Source: Eledone cirrhosa (taxonomy: Eukaryota). From it: DNA of 64,000 nt. Each line of letters opens with the position of its first letter. Positions within the stretch are counted from its first letter, which is position 1. Shown here piece after piece: positions 45,067-58,648 of the stretch. A program made the position numbers and the translations under genes. The stretch lies in assembly GCA_964016885.1 (NCBI GenBank), contig OZ024751.1, positions 48,298,001 to 48,362,000 of the forward strand, given 5' to 3'. The notes under the pieces are model-generated. The model saw only the letters and a program-made list of their open reading frames with translations. It was not told the DNA's origin and ran no database searches.

Positions 45067-48000
45067 GTTTTCTCTTTCTCTTAATTTCGAGTATATTTTT
45101 TTGACCGGCCACCTTCCTGGTGGAAAGGTTGTAAAAGAAAAGAAATTGTCATCCCTTGAATCGCAAGAATGTTTTGCATATTTTGAAGGTGCCAGCTATC
45201 GCAGCCATTTGTAGACTATGAATTAGGGAGCTGCGCTTTTTGTCCGCAAATCCAAGTTCGGTCATACTTTGGTCCAAGCGGGTTGGTATATAACCCGTAG
45301 CACCAATAATGATGGGTATGAAGCTAAAGGTGTATCTTGGATACTGGATTTGTAAGCTCCTCATCAATGGTCCGTAGATGTCCTCCTTCTCCTGTATTTT
45401 TCTGACAACGTTTACATCAAGTGGGCAGCTGATCTCCACAACAGAACACGTTTTCAATGTGTGGTCCCAAACTACAATATCAGGCCGGTTGTGCTTTAAT
45501 TTGGTGGCAGTTTTTATTTTCAGGTTCCACCAGTATTCCTTAGTGCCATCTGTCTCAATATATTCTTCCTCGTTTGTTGTTAATTTTGTTTTCCGAAGTG
45601 CGTTCCAGATAGTTCTAGCTATCCCATCGTGTCTCATGGGGAGGTAGTAGCGAGATGACATTCTTTCGCAGCTGGCAACAATGTGGCTTACATCCTCGAT
45701 CTTTGTTTTACATAGCCTACATTTATTGTCAGCTGCTGGCCCTCCTCTTTTGTGCAGCAGATATTTGGTAGGGAGTTCTTGTTCCTGTATTGCATAGAGA
45801 TATCCCTCAAGGTGTGATGTCATAAACTTGTCGGAACTCCATGCCAGGCTTTTTGAGTGGTTTATCCCCTCTATGGTCTGTGTTTTACGCCTCAAGTATC
45901 CATGCACAACTTTCTCTGTAAATTGGTCAATTTTTTTTTCTTGTTTGAACATTGAATAGGATCTTCCGATTTCTCTGGGTGAGAGATTTATATCAGGCTT
46001 TATTCCATATCTCTCCTCCAGATCAGTCGCTATTCTAATGATATTTCTTTTTTCATGCTCATAAACCTGAGCAAGATGGTCGCCAACCTTTTTCCTCTGT
46101 TGAAGGTGTTGCTTCAGTGTTACTATCCGGGTCTCATATGTTGTTAATATTGATTTTAGACCCCGGCCACCTTCCTTGCGTGAGAAGTATAGCCTATCCA
46201 CATCACCATTGATGTTAAAGTTCCCAGTAACACTGAGAAGTTTTCGAGTTCTAACATCCATCTCACTTAGTTCTTGCAATGACCAGTTCAGTAGGCCAAA
46301 TGTTGGCGTTAGAATTGGCACAGCATAGGTATTGTGGGCAATGTATTTGTTGTATGCTGACACTTCTGATGACCATATTTTTTTTTACTCTTCTGAGGTA
46401 TTCAGTTCTGGTTCTCTCCTTATTTATGGGTCCATCATATCTGACATTCTCATCCTGTCCAAGATATCTGTAGTTGTCACCTGACTGCAGAGGTTGTATA
46501 GTCAGGCCGTTCATATCTAGATTTCTAGAGGTGGGCACAGCTCTTCCACGTTTTACTGCCAAATATGCACACTTGGACTCACCAAATTTCATTTTGATGT
46601 CGGTTGAAAATTGTGTAATGAGGTCCAATTGTTTCTTGATGTCATTGATATTTGGCCCATACAACTTCAGGTCATCAACAAAGAAAAGATGGGAGATACT
46701 TCTGGGCCCACTTCTTTGTCCACCTTGTTTCCTGAGTAGGTAAGATAGTGGATTCAGTGAGAGAACGAAGAGTAGTACTGACAAGCTATCACCCTGAAAG
46801 ATGCCCTTCTGGTAATGTATCCTATCAGTCTTAACCTGCTCCTTCTCACCTCTAAGGATCAAATTGGTGTACCAGTTCTTGGTCAGGCGTTCAACAGCAG
46901 CTACTAATGGTTGTGGGACTTTAGCTAACTGTAAAGCCTTAATAATCCACCCATGAGGTACACTATCAAATGCTTTTTGATAGTCCAGCCACACGACAGT
47001 CATGTTTCTGCGATTCTTTGTTGTTTTTTCCTGAATCATTTTGTTAGTTAGTAGGTGATCTATGCAACCCCACACCTCCCTCTTTCCACCAGCTTGCTCA
47101 GGTGTTATGATGTTGTTGGTAGCACAGTGATCCTGTAAGAACAGGTTAAGGCACCCAGTATATCATTTATACATGATGTTTTGGCAGGCAATTGGGCGGT
47201 AATTTTTAGCAAGGGTGGTTTGGCTATTTTGGGGAATGAGGAGAGTAGTGGCAGTTGATAACCATCTGGGCAGTTCTTGTGTGCCCTTAATGGTTTCTGT
47301 AAACAGCCGTATGAGATCTTGCCGATAGAAAGTGAAATTCTTCAACCAGTATCCTGTAATGAGGTCTGGGCCTGGCGATTTCCTATTCGACATTTTCTGT
47401 AGAGCTGTTTCCAGTATTGACCCATCTATGTCATATTGTTTTGTCTGGACATGTTGGCAGTAGTCCTGTTCCAGTTGTTTTAGCCAATTAGCTTGTCTGT
47501 TGAATCCGTCATCCATTTCCCATACAGATCTCCAGTAGTTCTCAACCTGTTCTTTTGAAGGGGTGTCGTTTACAGGGATTGAGCTTTTGCCACCGAAGCT
47601 GCGATAAACTGATTTAGGATCTCTGGCAAACAATCTATTTAGCACTTGTCGTTTATGGGCTGTTGACTTATATTTTAGTCTTTCTGTTGTAGCTGTGAGT
47701 TGTTGTTTCAACTGGTGTAATTTGGAGTTCAAAGTTTTAAATTTGGTATCTCCAAATCGTCTCTCTAACTTTTTCTTTAGGTCTTCCTGGTGTCGTGTGA
47801 AGTTTCTCTCTATGTTGCATTTCATAACGACTGCGATGTGTGAGATACTTCGTCTCAGGGACAAAATTTTGGTTTTTAAATTTCGCATCCACGCTGGTTC
47901 AGGCTTTCTGTTTGTATCTTGATTGCGTGGTTTTAGATGTGTGTTATATGACAGCAATGTGACAGCTGAAACATATAACAAAACATTGAGCGTTTCAAAT

Positions 48001-49292
48001 GTCGTTTCTACACCTTTAGATCGTATAGCCTTCAGATAATTGCCAGCTATTTCGTTCACCGCTTCTAATTCCAATTTAGTGGGTTCTTTACTGACTCTAG
48101 TGTTGTATGGTCTGTCACTCACATTAAGGCTGTGTATCTCTTGAAACATATCGTTCCATATCACTTGTAGGGTGCCCACAAGTTTTTGGTGCTCTGTTTG
48201 TTCAGTAGAGTCATGAATTGCAGCCTCGTTGTTGATGTGGTGACAATTACTACTAGAGTCAGCTGACCTTTCTCGCTGTTCTTCAGTGGAAGTGGGATGG
48301 ATTTCAGCAAAATTGTTGGTGAGCTGTTCACTGTTAGATTTAGCTGGCCATTCTCTTTGTCTGTCAGTGGAGGTGGGGTGGTTGTCTACAAGGGCTGTAT
48401 TTGTAGTATCACTCGATTCCGTTAGATGTATCAATTTACATCTAATGATACGTTTTGCCTGTTCATTTAGATGCTTTGGAGAAAAGTCTAATTCTGGGTG
48501 TTTGGAGTTCCATAAAGTTTTTAGCCTTTGCATAAAACCGAACTTTTGGGGTTCAGATTGTTTGTATGCTTCATATAATTCTTTGTTAAGCTCGTAGCTC
48601 CACTGTATACAACGGTTGTAATTGCGATTTGGTCGAAGGAGACTTGTACTTTTTGCCATGATGAGTTCGTCTATTCACTAATATTTTGTATTTATTTTTT
48701 TTAAATAGTCGATGATCTTCTTTAAAAGTTACGACAAAGTTCTGTCAGAATCAAATTTAAAGTTATTCACAGCTTGGGTAATATTTCTTTTCAGTTAGTT
48801 TTTAATTCTACAACTGTGTTTTAAACGTTGTTCTTGAATCGTTTGAATCGAGAACAAAAAGAACCGTTACTTAGTATATTCCTTTACGAATGTAATATAA
48901 TATAACAACGCTGTATTTATATGTTAAAGTTTATGTATCATTCATATAAATAGGTGTTCTACAACATATTCACAACATTCACAGTTCAAACACTTATATT
49001 TTTGTTTCTGAATCGAAAACGTTACTTTTATATTTCTTTATAAATGTAATATAACAACGTTGCATTTATATGTTAAAGTATATATATCGTTCATATATCA
49101 TAAGTGTATGTATCGTTCATATAAATAGGTGTTTTACAACACACTTACAGTTCAAACACTTATGTAGAATTATTGTATGTAATCTTACCGCGTAATGTAG
49201 CTCAACCTTTTCCAATATATGGTATGTTGCCTTCATGTAAGCCGTAATTACACACGTCCGATTATCGGACACTGACCACAATGGTCGCCATT
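45067..49292 (-). mobile_element. R4/Dong-type RLE non-LTR retrotransposon, apparently full length
   Basis: Bounded on both sides by (CATA)n. About 630-bp 5' UTR with an internal duplication and about 80-bp 3' UTR. Confidence 0.88.
45149..48659 (-). pseudogene. R4/Dong ORF (~1170 codons): N-terminal motif, RT, CCHC knuckle, PD-(D/E)xK endonuclease; one nonsense codon and one frameshift
   Basis: QWSYELN..LY...GFMQRLKTLW, KSPGPD, NYRPIAC, WLDYQKAFDSVPH, GIFQGDSLS, FVDDLK, CRLC..EDVSHIVASC, RHD, RPDIVV..VVEISCP. In-frame TGA at 47163 (MYK*YTGCL) and +1 in the T-run near 46378-46386. Confidence 0.92.
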
Positions 49293-49898
49293 TGTATGTA
49301 TGTATGTATGTATGTATGTATGTATGTATGTATGTATGTATGTATGTATCTATGTATGTATGTATGTATGTATTTATGTATGTATGTATGTATGTGTGCA
49401 TGCATGTATGTATGTATGTATGTATGTATGTATGTATGTATGTATGTATGTGTATGTATGTAGTAGCTGCTGTTTTAGAGATTAACGGCGCATCATCTAT
49501 TCAAGCGAAGGCATTCAGTGGTTTTTATGTCTGTCTCTGTCTGTATCTATGTATGCAGCAAAGTTATAGAACGTATAATCTTATATATATATATATATAT
49601 ATATATAAGTGGTGTATCAGTGTATCATGGGATGTATTAGTGTATAGATCCAGAAGTTTGTGTGCTCCACAGTATGAGCTTATCGAAGCATGAATTATAG
49701 TAACGTTCCAACTGTGTATATATATACATATTCAGTTGGAAAGTATATATATATATATATATTAGAAAGTGAGGTTTTTTTACAAAATGAAAAATAACCG
49801 AGGTGTCATACACGAGTGACAGTATAAAGAAAAAGAGATGAAATCGAAAATGCAACTGGAGTCTTATTTTTTTTTTAAATATATATATTTATTTGGTT

Positions 49899-49936
49899 CC
49901 TTTACCGGTTTCGCAGTTCTTCTGCTTTTCAAAAGG
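49899..49936 (-). ncRNA. Minimal type-I hammerhead ribozyme, U3-A8 variant
   Basis: Mirror image of 50009-50046. Confidence 0.72.
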
Positions 49937-50008
49937 TGAGTTGAGATGGAGGGTCTGTGGTTTTTCTCACAGATGTGAGAAAAACCACAGACCCTCCATC
50001 TCAACTCA

Positions 50009-50046
50009 CCTTTTGAAAAGCAGAAGAACTGCGAAACCGGTAAAGG
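50009..50046 (+). ncRNA. Minimal type-I hammerhead ribozyme, U3-A8 variant
   Basis: CCTT-TTGAAAA-GCAG aagaa CTGC-GAA-ACCGGT-A-AAGG: stem I CCUU/AAGG, stem II GCAG/CUGC, palindromic stem III ACCGGU, GUA cleavage triplet. Confidence 0.72.
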
Positions 50047-50113
50047 AACCAAATAAATATATATATTTAAAAAAAAAATAAGACTCCAGTTGCATTTTCG
50101 ATTTCATCTCTTT

Positions 50114-50188
<75 letters not shown>

Positions 50189-50734
50189 GCTCGCAATACT
50201 TGCTCGTTATACATATATAAATATGTATATATATGACTAAAGAAATTTTAGCCTGATAATGGGGTTTAGAATCCTCATAAAATGGAAAAAGATGAGGATT
50301 CGTCAATACTCATACTTTTTCATTTCTTAAAGGGTTCTAAACCTCCTATCAAGCCAACATTTCTTTAGTAAAAAATACGGCGAAATCTTCTATTTCTAAT
50401 TTCAAACTCGCTCGCTGTTTCAAAACATACATGATAAAGTATATTTAGAAATAAAAGGAAAGCACAAACGGGGATAATCCCTTCTTCAGTTGTCTGCTGG
50501 AGATCACGGACAATGCGTTGAAATGTCCGTGATCCCCAGCAGACAACTGAAGAAGGGAATGTGCCCTGTTTGTGCTTTCCTTTTATTTTTAAATATATAT
50601 ATATATACACAAAACGCCAGCACCAACAGTTTTGCAAGCGATGTCAACATGAATGGACCTGTTATTTTTATCCAAAGACATTTTTTCCAATTCCATCCTG
50701 CTCGTCCCCTTAACCCATCTTATTTCTCATTCTT

Positions 50735-50770
50735 TCTTCTGATGAAGGACTAGCGTTCGAAACGTTAAGA
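50735..50770 (+). ncRNA. Minimal hammerhead ribozyme (canonical core)
   Basis: TCTT-CTGATGA-A-GGAC tagc GTTC-GAA-ACGT-T-AAGA. The downstream tail TTGTGTTGTTATTTCTGTTTACCTTTT is also present at ~1488-1514. Confidence 0.72.
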
Positions 50771-50851
50771 CCCTCTTCCTGCTATATCAAGCGTTAACCT
50801 AATATATCCCTTCCATATACTACACCGATTGTGTTGTTATTTCTGTTTACC

Positions 50852-50889
<38 letters not shown>

Positions 50890-50925
50890 CCCCCGCACCC
50901 CCACCCCCACCCCCACCCACACACC

Positions 50926-50973
<48 letters not shown>

Positions 50974-51363
50974 CACAAATATCTAGTACTGGGATTAAGT
51001 GCTACCCGTTACTAAGTATCGTTCAATCGATTATAGAAACGCGCTGTAGTCCGTGCGGCCATCTCATTATTTCGAAATGAATGGTATTTTATAAAGCCTT
51101 AGAGTTTCAGGGTTACCGGGAGGGACATAGAGGCGAGAGTCAGCCATATTTATCTCTTCTACTAGCTGTCATTTTTGAACATTTGTTGTGATTATTCTGG
51201 GACTGAAGAATGTTCGAGAATTTGATGATTTTCAAAACCTAAATAAAAATATATAAAAAATATATTTGAAAGCCTCAATTCAAAGATTCGTAAAAAATGT
51301 CCAAGAAATACAGTTGTATGTATGAATGTATGTATATTTAGGAGAAATATACGTGTATATATT

Positions 51364-51413
<50 letters not shown>

Positions 51414-51426
51414 AGTGTGTGCGTAA

Positions 51427-51474
<48 letters not shown>

Positions 51475-52325
51475 TTACGCTTACACACACACGTATATAT
51501 ACATACAAATCTATAAATACAAATGCATACATATATGCATAAATATATATACTTACATACACTATCAGACACAAATATATATATATATATATTATATATA
51601 TATATATATATGTATATATGTAAAAAGCTATTATTATACTCTATGAACGCTGTGGAAGTTTTCAGTTATCCAGTCATTTCTCAATTCTCAATGCTGAAAA
51701 CTGTCATTTAAGAAGTAAGAAGATACCCAGGAGACAAACACAAATACGGATAGAAAAAAAAAATCAGTAAGAAGAACACAATACCCCCCCCCCCCCCCAA
51801 AAAAAAAAACAACAACAAACAAACAAACAAACAAAATACAAAAACAAAACAAAACAAGAAAATATTAAAAAGTAAGCGCAACAGACCACCATCACTACTA
51901 CAGCAACCACAACAGCAACCACCACAGCCACCACCACAGCACCACCACAGCCACCACTACCAAAACAACAATAAACAACAAACACACGCTAAAGTGAATC
52001 AGAGAGAAACCGTATCCTAATAGGTTTACCAAATTAAAAGACTCATAACATTGGCTATTCTGGAAATGTTACTGCGTTCCGACACAGGTTAATGGGTTGG
52101 CCTCTTCATATTATATTTTATATACACACACAGACCAGAAAAAATATACACACGGACACACTCACACACAGTCATAAACTGACACAAGCACATACATACA
52201 TAGATCAGACGAATACACACACGGACACACAAACACACACACATAAACACAGACACATACACATACAGACTCATATACACACTCATATATACTGTATATA
52301 TATATACATATACATCTGCATGTAC

Positions 52326-52388
<63 letters not shown>

Positions 52389-52437
52389 ATATGCGTGTAT
52401 AAACACACATACACAAACACACATACACAAACACACA

Positions 52438-52511
<74 letters not shown>

Positions 52512-52909
52512 CATATACATACATATACATAGATGTGCATATACAGTTATGGTTTGCTTGTAGATATGGAAGTCTCGTCTGGATACATAGACATCACGCA
52601 ATCAATTTATACACTTGGGTTGAAGATAATTTTAGTACACTTACAACTGTAGTTTATGGTTTTATATACCTACACACATAGACATATATACATACAGTCT
52701 TATAGACACATAAATAGATATATATTATCCATATATATATATATATATATAGTAATAATAATAAATTTGAAGACTAAAAGCCAAAGAGGGCTCGATAAGG
52801 ATAAATATATATCAGATATATAAGAACCGTAGAGCAAATATTTATTAAAATTATATATATATATATTAATTCAAAATATTAACAAAATAGATATTCTTGT
52901 GATCAAGTA

Positions 52910-52976
52910 TATTTTATTATACATATTTTAGAGGTACTGAGTTAACTTCAACAGTACGTCCTCATCAGGTAAAATA
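52910..52976 (-). ncRNA. Decayed hammerhead motif, same family as 53305-53375
   Basis: TATTTTAC-CTGATGA-long stem II-AAAA (G12A)-TATGTA-T-A-ATAAAATA. Confidence 0.5.
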
Positions 52977-53104
52977 AGATGATACATGACATACCCTGAC
53001 ATAGTAGATGGTTAAGATTCAGTCATGGTATTGAGTAATATATGACAGAACTCAATATTTATATACCTTAATATTGAGAAACATGAGAAAAATATATAAT
53101 ACAT

Positions 53105-53166
<62 letters not shown>

Positions 53167-53304
53167 AATGTTATCTTCTTCTTTTTCCTTTTCCCTCCCC
53201 CTTCCTTTTTTCCAATCTTCTCTCTCCTTTTATATTTTTATCATATGTTGACTAGATACTTTCTTTTTCACAAGCGTTTTTTTAGGCATCATATCATGTT
53301 ACCT

Positions 53305-53375
53305 TATTTTATCTGATGAGAACGCAACTATCGTCCCAGGATGATATTTGTTTTTGAAATGCGCATAATAAAATA
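53305..53375 (+). ncRNA. Hammerhead ribozyme with long stem II
   Basis: TATTTTAT-CTGATGA-GAACGCAACTATCGTCC ca GGATGATATTTGTTTTT-GAA-ATGCGCAT-A-ATAAAATA. 8-bp stem I and palindromic stem III. Confidence 0.72.
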
Positions 53376-53408
53376 TATGGAACCTTTTTAACTATCTTTT
53401 AATTTCTT

Positions 53409-53460
<52 letters not shown>

Positions 53461-53926
53461 AGAAAACAAAAAATGAGTGATGTTTGGATCTTATAGAATT
53501 CTAGTAAATAATCAGGTACTGATTATACAGAGCGGTTGCCGGTCAAGCAGAAATTGAAAATTAGAACCAAACATCCATGATTTTAGCAGACATGAGGGAG
53601 TAGTTGGCTTTGATAAGCATCAATAAATGCGAAACAAGGCCTTGTCAGCTTTATCTCCCCCTGTTTGCTGAAATTAAAGTAAGTGAGTCTGTCACTACTC
53701 TAAAACAATAGCATAAGGTCTTCGAAATGCTTTTAATTAAGCATACAGTGTATTGCAAAATACACTATATATACATTCAGATATATATCGCTATTTCAGA
53801 GCACCAATTCTAATTTTCGATTTCTGCTTGACCGGCAACCGCTCTCTGATTATTTACTAGAATTCTATAAGGTCTTCGAAATATATATACATTCATATAT
53901 ATATAGCTATTTCAGAGCACCAATTC

Positions 53927-54028
<102 letters not shown>

Positions 54029-54045
54029 GTATATATATATATATG

Positions 54046-54175
<130 letters not shown>

Positions 54176-54618
54176 TATATAGATACCCACATGGTGCTTT
54201 AAATCCTTGTGAAATGGTCGGCACATTCAGTACATCATTTTCAAGATCTGAAAACAACCGATGTCTTCCTTTGCAATATATAAAGTAAGAAAGAGATATC
54301 CGAGGAGAAAATATAGGATCTCGGCAATGATATGGCAGATTATTTCTAGACTTTAAAATTAGCTACAGTAGCAGGATTTGAACTCAGAACAGACCACATT
54401 CAGATGTACAGATGTAATGTACAGATGTAATAAATTATGCATCTATAATCATTGTTTGTAATTAGTTCAACACTTTATAGAGACTTTCATTTCTCCACCC
54501 TAACCCCCTCTAACTGGTTACATATTATTTTAACTGATAATATCTATATTAGTACTTTGTGTCTTTTATAATTTCTAAGGGAGAACATACCCACACTCAT
54601 ATATATATAAATAAATAA

Positions 54619-54723
<105 letters not shown>

Positions 54724-54879
54724 AAAGAATAGAGGTGTAACACACAAGTTATTATATATTGGTAAACGGAATAGAAAATGCTGACAAATTGTTCACAGTT
54801 GAAAAATGGTTTAATTAGGAATAAAAGAGTATTAGTGATTGTATGGGTTAGTATTCAGTTGTGGTTTTAAGTTTTTAAG

Positions 54880-54916
54880 TTTTTACCGGTTGCGCATTTC
54901 TAAATGCTTTTCAAAA
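54880..54916 (-). ncRNA. Hammerhead-like motif in the PLE pseudo-LTR (U3-A8 variant, A13C); mirror copy at 57951-57988 (+)
   Basis: TTT-TTGAAAA-GCATTT ag AAATGC-GCA-ACCGGT-A-AAA. Confidence 0.6.
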
Positions 54917-55270
54917 ATAATTTTGAGATAGAGTGTCCGTGCTGTTTGCTCTGATCTGATTAGTTTTGGGAATTCTACCTGTTTTTATGTTAAAAAAGTG
55001 ACTCCAGCGTTATTTTTGTGTTGCAAAAATGCTTGTGGTCAAAACAATTTTGATTGGTCGGTAGAGGTCATGTGAATGTAAAAAGTTGATTTTGCGCCAA
55101 GACTGTTTTTATGTTAAAAAAGTGGCTCCAGCAAAAATTCTTGGTCAAAACAATTTTGATTGGTCGGTAGAGGTCATGTGGATAAAAAATTGGTTTTGCG
55201 CCAAGATTGAGAAATGACTCTTTCACAACAAATATGTGTGTGTGTGTGTGTGTATGTGTGTGTGTGTGTG

Positions 55271-55301
<31 letters not shown>

Positions 55302-55370
55302 AGTAGTAGTAGTAAGGTGTTCGATGCTGCGACAATGGCCAGCAGCGATGTGTGTCAAATGGCTATTAAG

Positions 55371-55421
<51 letters not shown>

Positions 55422-55587
55422 GCAGAGTAATTCGATGGTCAGTAAGAATGTGTCTGAAAGCAATGGGGGGTATTTTAGCATGTCAAAAGATATTTTTCAG
55501 CTTTTGTCTTATACGGAGAAGTGCGTGTGTCTGTGTGTGTATAAGTCTCTTTGTATGTTGATGTACGCGTGTGTATGTGTTTGTGTG

Positions 55588-55628
<41 letters not shown>

Positions 55629-55777
55629 ACCAGTATTTTTTCCCCCTGGTAAAATGGTGTACATTATTCGATTTTTTCAGTAAAATCGGGTCTCTTAATA
55701 GAACATCAAAAATCTTAACAATAAAAGGTGTGAAATGATATTCACTATATATATATATATACACACATACATATATT

Positions 55778-55808
<31 letters not shown>

Positions 55809-55948
55809 CATACATATACATGCACATATATTTTTTTGTATTGCACCATAGAGCATGTGTGTTTACGTGTGTCATTGCGTTTATATGTGGGTAGAGATGT
55901 GTGCTGATGTAGGTATGTATGTTGACGTGTGTATGTTGTGGGTTCGTC

Positions 55949-57891
55949 TTAGGGAGAAGTGTTTAGACGGGGTCCGTATTTGTTAATGAAGTAACATTCC
56001 TTGCTGATGCGCTGGGTGTGGGTGGCATTATCTTTAAATTTGTAGAGGGGAATGATTCTGAAGTTGGGATGATTTTGGGCGGCACAGGTATCAATGTGTT
56101 CACTCAGTGGTATTTTCCTGTATTCCCGTATTTTAATTTGGGATCTATGGACAGACATGCGTTGGCGGAGGCTGTTTTTGGTCTGGCCTATGTATTGTTC
56201 TCGACAACCTGAACAAGTTAATACATATATTATATTTTCCGATGCACATGTGAAATTGTGTTTTACTATAAAACGTTGTCCATCTTTGAAATAGAATTCC
56301 GAACCCTCTATTAGGTTGATGCAAATGCCACAGTTGGGTCTATCGCATTTTTTTTACTGTGGGTTTCGTTGTTGTGGTTGGCAGTACTTTGGCATGTGTT
56401 AAGATGTTTTTCATTGACTTGGATTGTCTTTTGCTCTTTATGATATCGTGTGTTCGTAGAATTTGGTTCATTCTATGGTCCTTTTTCAATACAGGGATGT
56501 TCTGGAGGATGGTGTCAAAGGCCTCATTGTTGAGGGGGTTGTGTGTGGAGATGTATGGAAGAGCTTTTAGTTTTGGTTGATTTACTTTAGGGTGTCTAAG
56601 GTCCTGGGTACTGAGTTTTAGGGCACGTTGGATTCCATTGTCAATTAGTGATGCAGGGTAGTCCCTGCCTATGAGTGTGTCCTTTAGTTCTTGTAGCCGT
56701 AAGTAGCAGATGTTTTTATTGGAGACTATAGTACAGATTCTCTTGGCTAAGTTGTAGGGAATATTAATTTTAACGTGTCTAGGGTGGCAAGAGTTGAAGG
56801 GGAGATATTGCTTGGAGTCTGTGGGCTTGTAGTATATGTCTGTTTCTATTTTTTTGTTATGGATCTTAATGAGGATGTCGAGGAAGGGGAGTTGTTGATG
56901 GCTGTATTCCATCGTGAAGTTAATATTTGTGTTGAGCCCATTTATAAGGGTGTGAAATTCTTTAAGTTTTTCGATGTTTTCGTGCCAAAGGATGAAGCAG
57001 TCATCTAGATATCGCTTCCAGTTCCTTTCAACGTGTAAGTGGAGGGTGTTTCCAAATTTGTTTAGGACTTTAGTGTAGAGGGTGATTTCCAGGTATCCCA
57101 TGACTAGGTTGGCATAAGTAGGGGCTGTTTTCGTTCCCATAGCGGTCCCAGATTTCTGCCTGTAGGATTTGTTATTGAAAACGAAGTAATTGTTCTCCAA
57201 GATAAATTTGAGTCCCTCTATCACGAATTCTTTTTTGATGCGTTGTGGGAGTTCATTGTGGAAATTATCCAGCCAGAATTGGATAGCTTCTATTCCTAGG
57301 TTGTGGGGGATGTTGGAGTATAGGTTGACTACATCGAACGTCACTAGTAGGGTTTGTTCAGAAAGTGGCATATTAGGGAGGTGATTGAGCATATCTAGGT
57401 CGTCCCTTATATAGCTTTTGATGTGCTTGAGGAAGGGTTTGAGAAGGGTATCAATGAAGTTGCTAAGACGGTGCGTTTCGCAAGCGGGGCCTGCTATTAT
57501 AGGTCTTAATTTGAGATCATTGGGTGAGGGGACATTGATGACTATGTCTGTGGCTTCCTTGCATGCCTTACTGATTGATTCGCTTTTATGTACTTTAGGG
57601 ATACCGTAGAAAAGGCTGGATTTACTTGTGAAGTCTGTGATGGAGCTGAATTCCTTGTTAGTGAGTCCTTCTTTGTATTGGTTGATTAGAGTTTTTAGGT
57701 TTCTCATAATTTTCTGTTGATTGTAGTGTTCAGCCTTTTCGTAGTATGTTTCGTTTTCCAAAGTGGAGAGCGCTAAGTTGATATAGAATTCTGTCTCCAT
57801 TAGGACTACTGTACTCCCTTTATCAGCCTCTTTAATTGTAATGGTTCTGTCGGTTTTTAATCTATTTAATTCTTCCCATTCTTTCTTGTTG
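55949..57891 (-). pseudogene. Penelope RT + GIY-YIG endonuclease ORF, 5'-truncated, one homopolymer frameshift
   Basis: IKEADKG, FYGIPKVHK, LRPII, FDVVNLYSNI, SGTAMGT, RYLDDCF, LPFLD, YYKPT. After +1 in T8 (56348-56355): CDRPNCGIC...NIIYVLTCSGCREQYIGQTKNSLRQRMSVH...ECYFI..LN. Confidence 0.92.
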
Positions 57892-58109
57892 AGAATTCCC
57901 AAAACTAATCAGATCAGAGCAAACAGCACGGACACTCTATCTCAAAATTATTTTTGAAAAGCATTTAGAAATGCGCAACCGGTAAAAACTTAAAAACTTA
58001 AAACCACAACTGAATACTAACCCATACAATCACTAATACTCTTTTATTCCTAATTAAACCATTTTTTCAACTGTGAACAATTTATCAGCATTTTCTATTC
58101 CGTTTACCA

Positions 58110-58496
<387 letters not shown>

Positions 58497-58603
58497 TGAT
58501 TTACACACACACATTCATATATACATACATACATAGATATATATATATCTCATACATACACACATACATACACACATACATACATACATACATACATACA
58601 TAC

Positions 58604-58648
<45 letters not shown>

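Larger units (their letters stand above)
49762..50117 (-). mobile_element. Fold-back Penelope pseudo-LTR-derived element, copy 1
   Basis: Perfect 144-bp inverted arms 49828-49971 / 49974-50117 plus a unique tail 49762-49827. Flanked by (TA)n. Confidence 0.85.

Noticed and set aside
49864-50081. Near-identical 61-62-aa ORFs on both strands (also 59282-59496)
   Set aside because: A by-product of the palindrome, with non-ATG starts and no recognisable domain.
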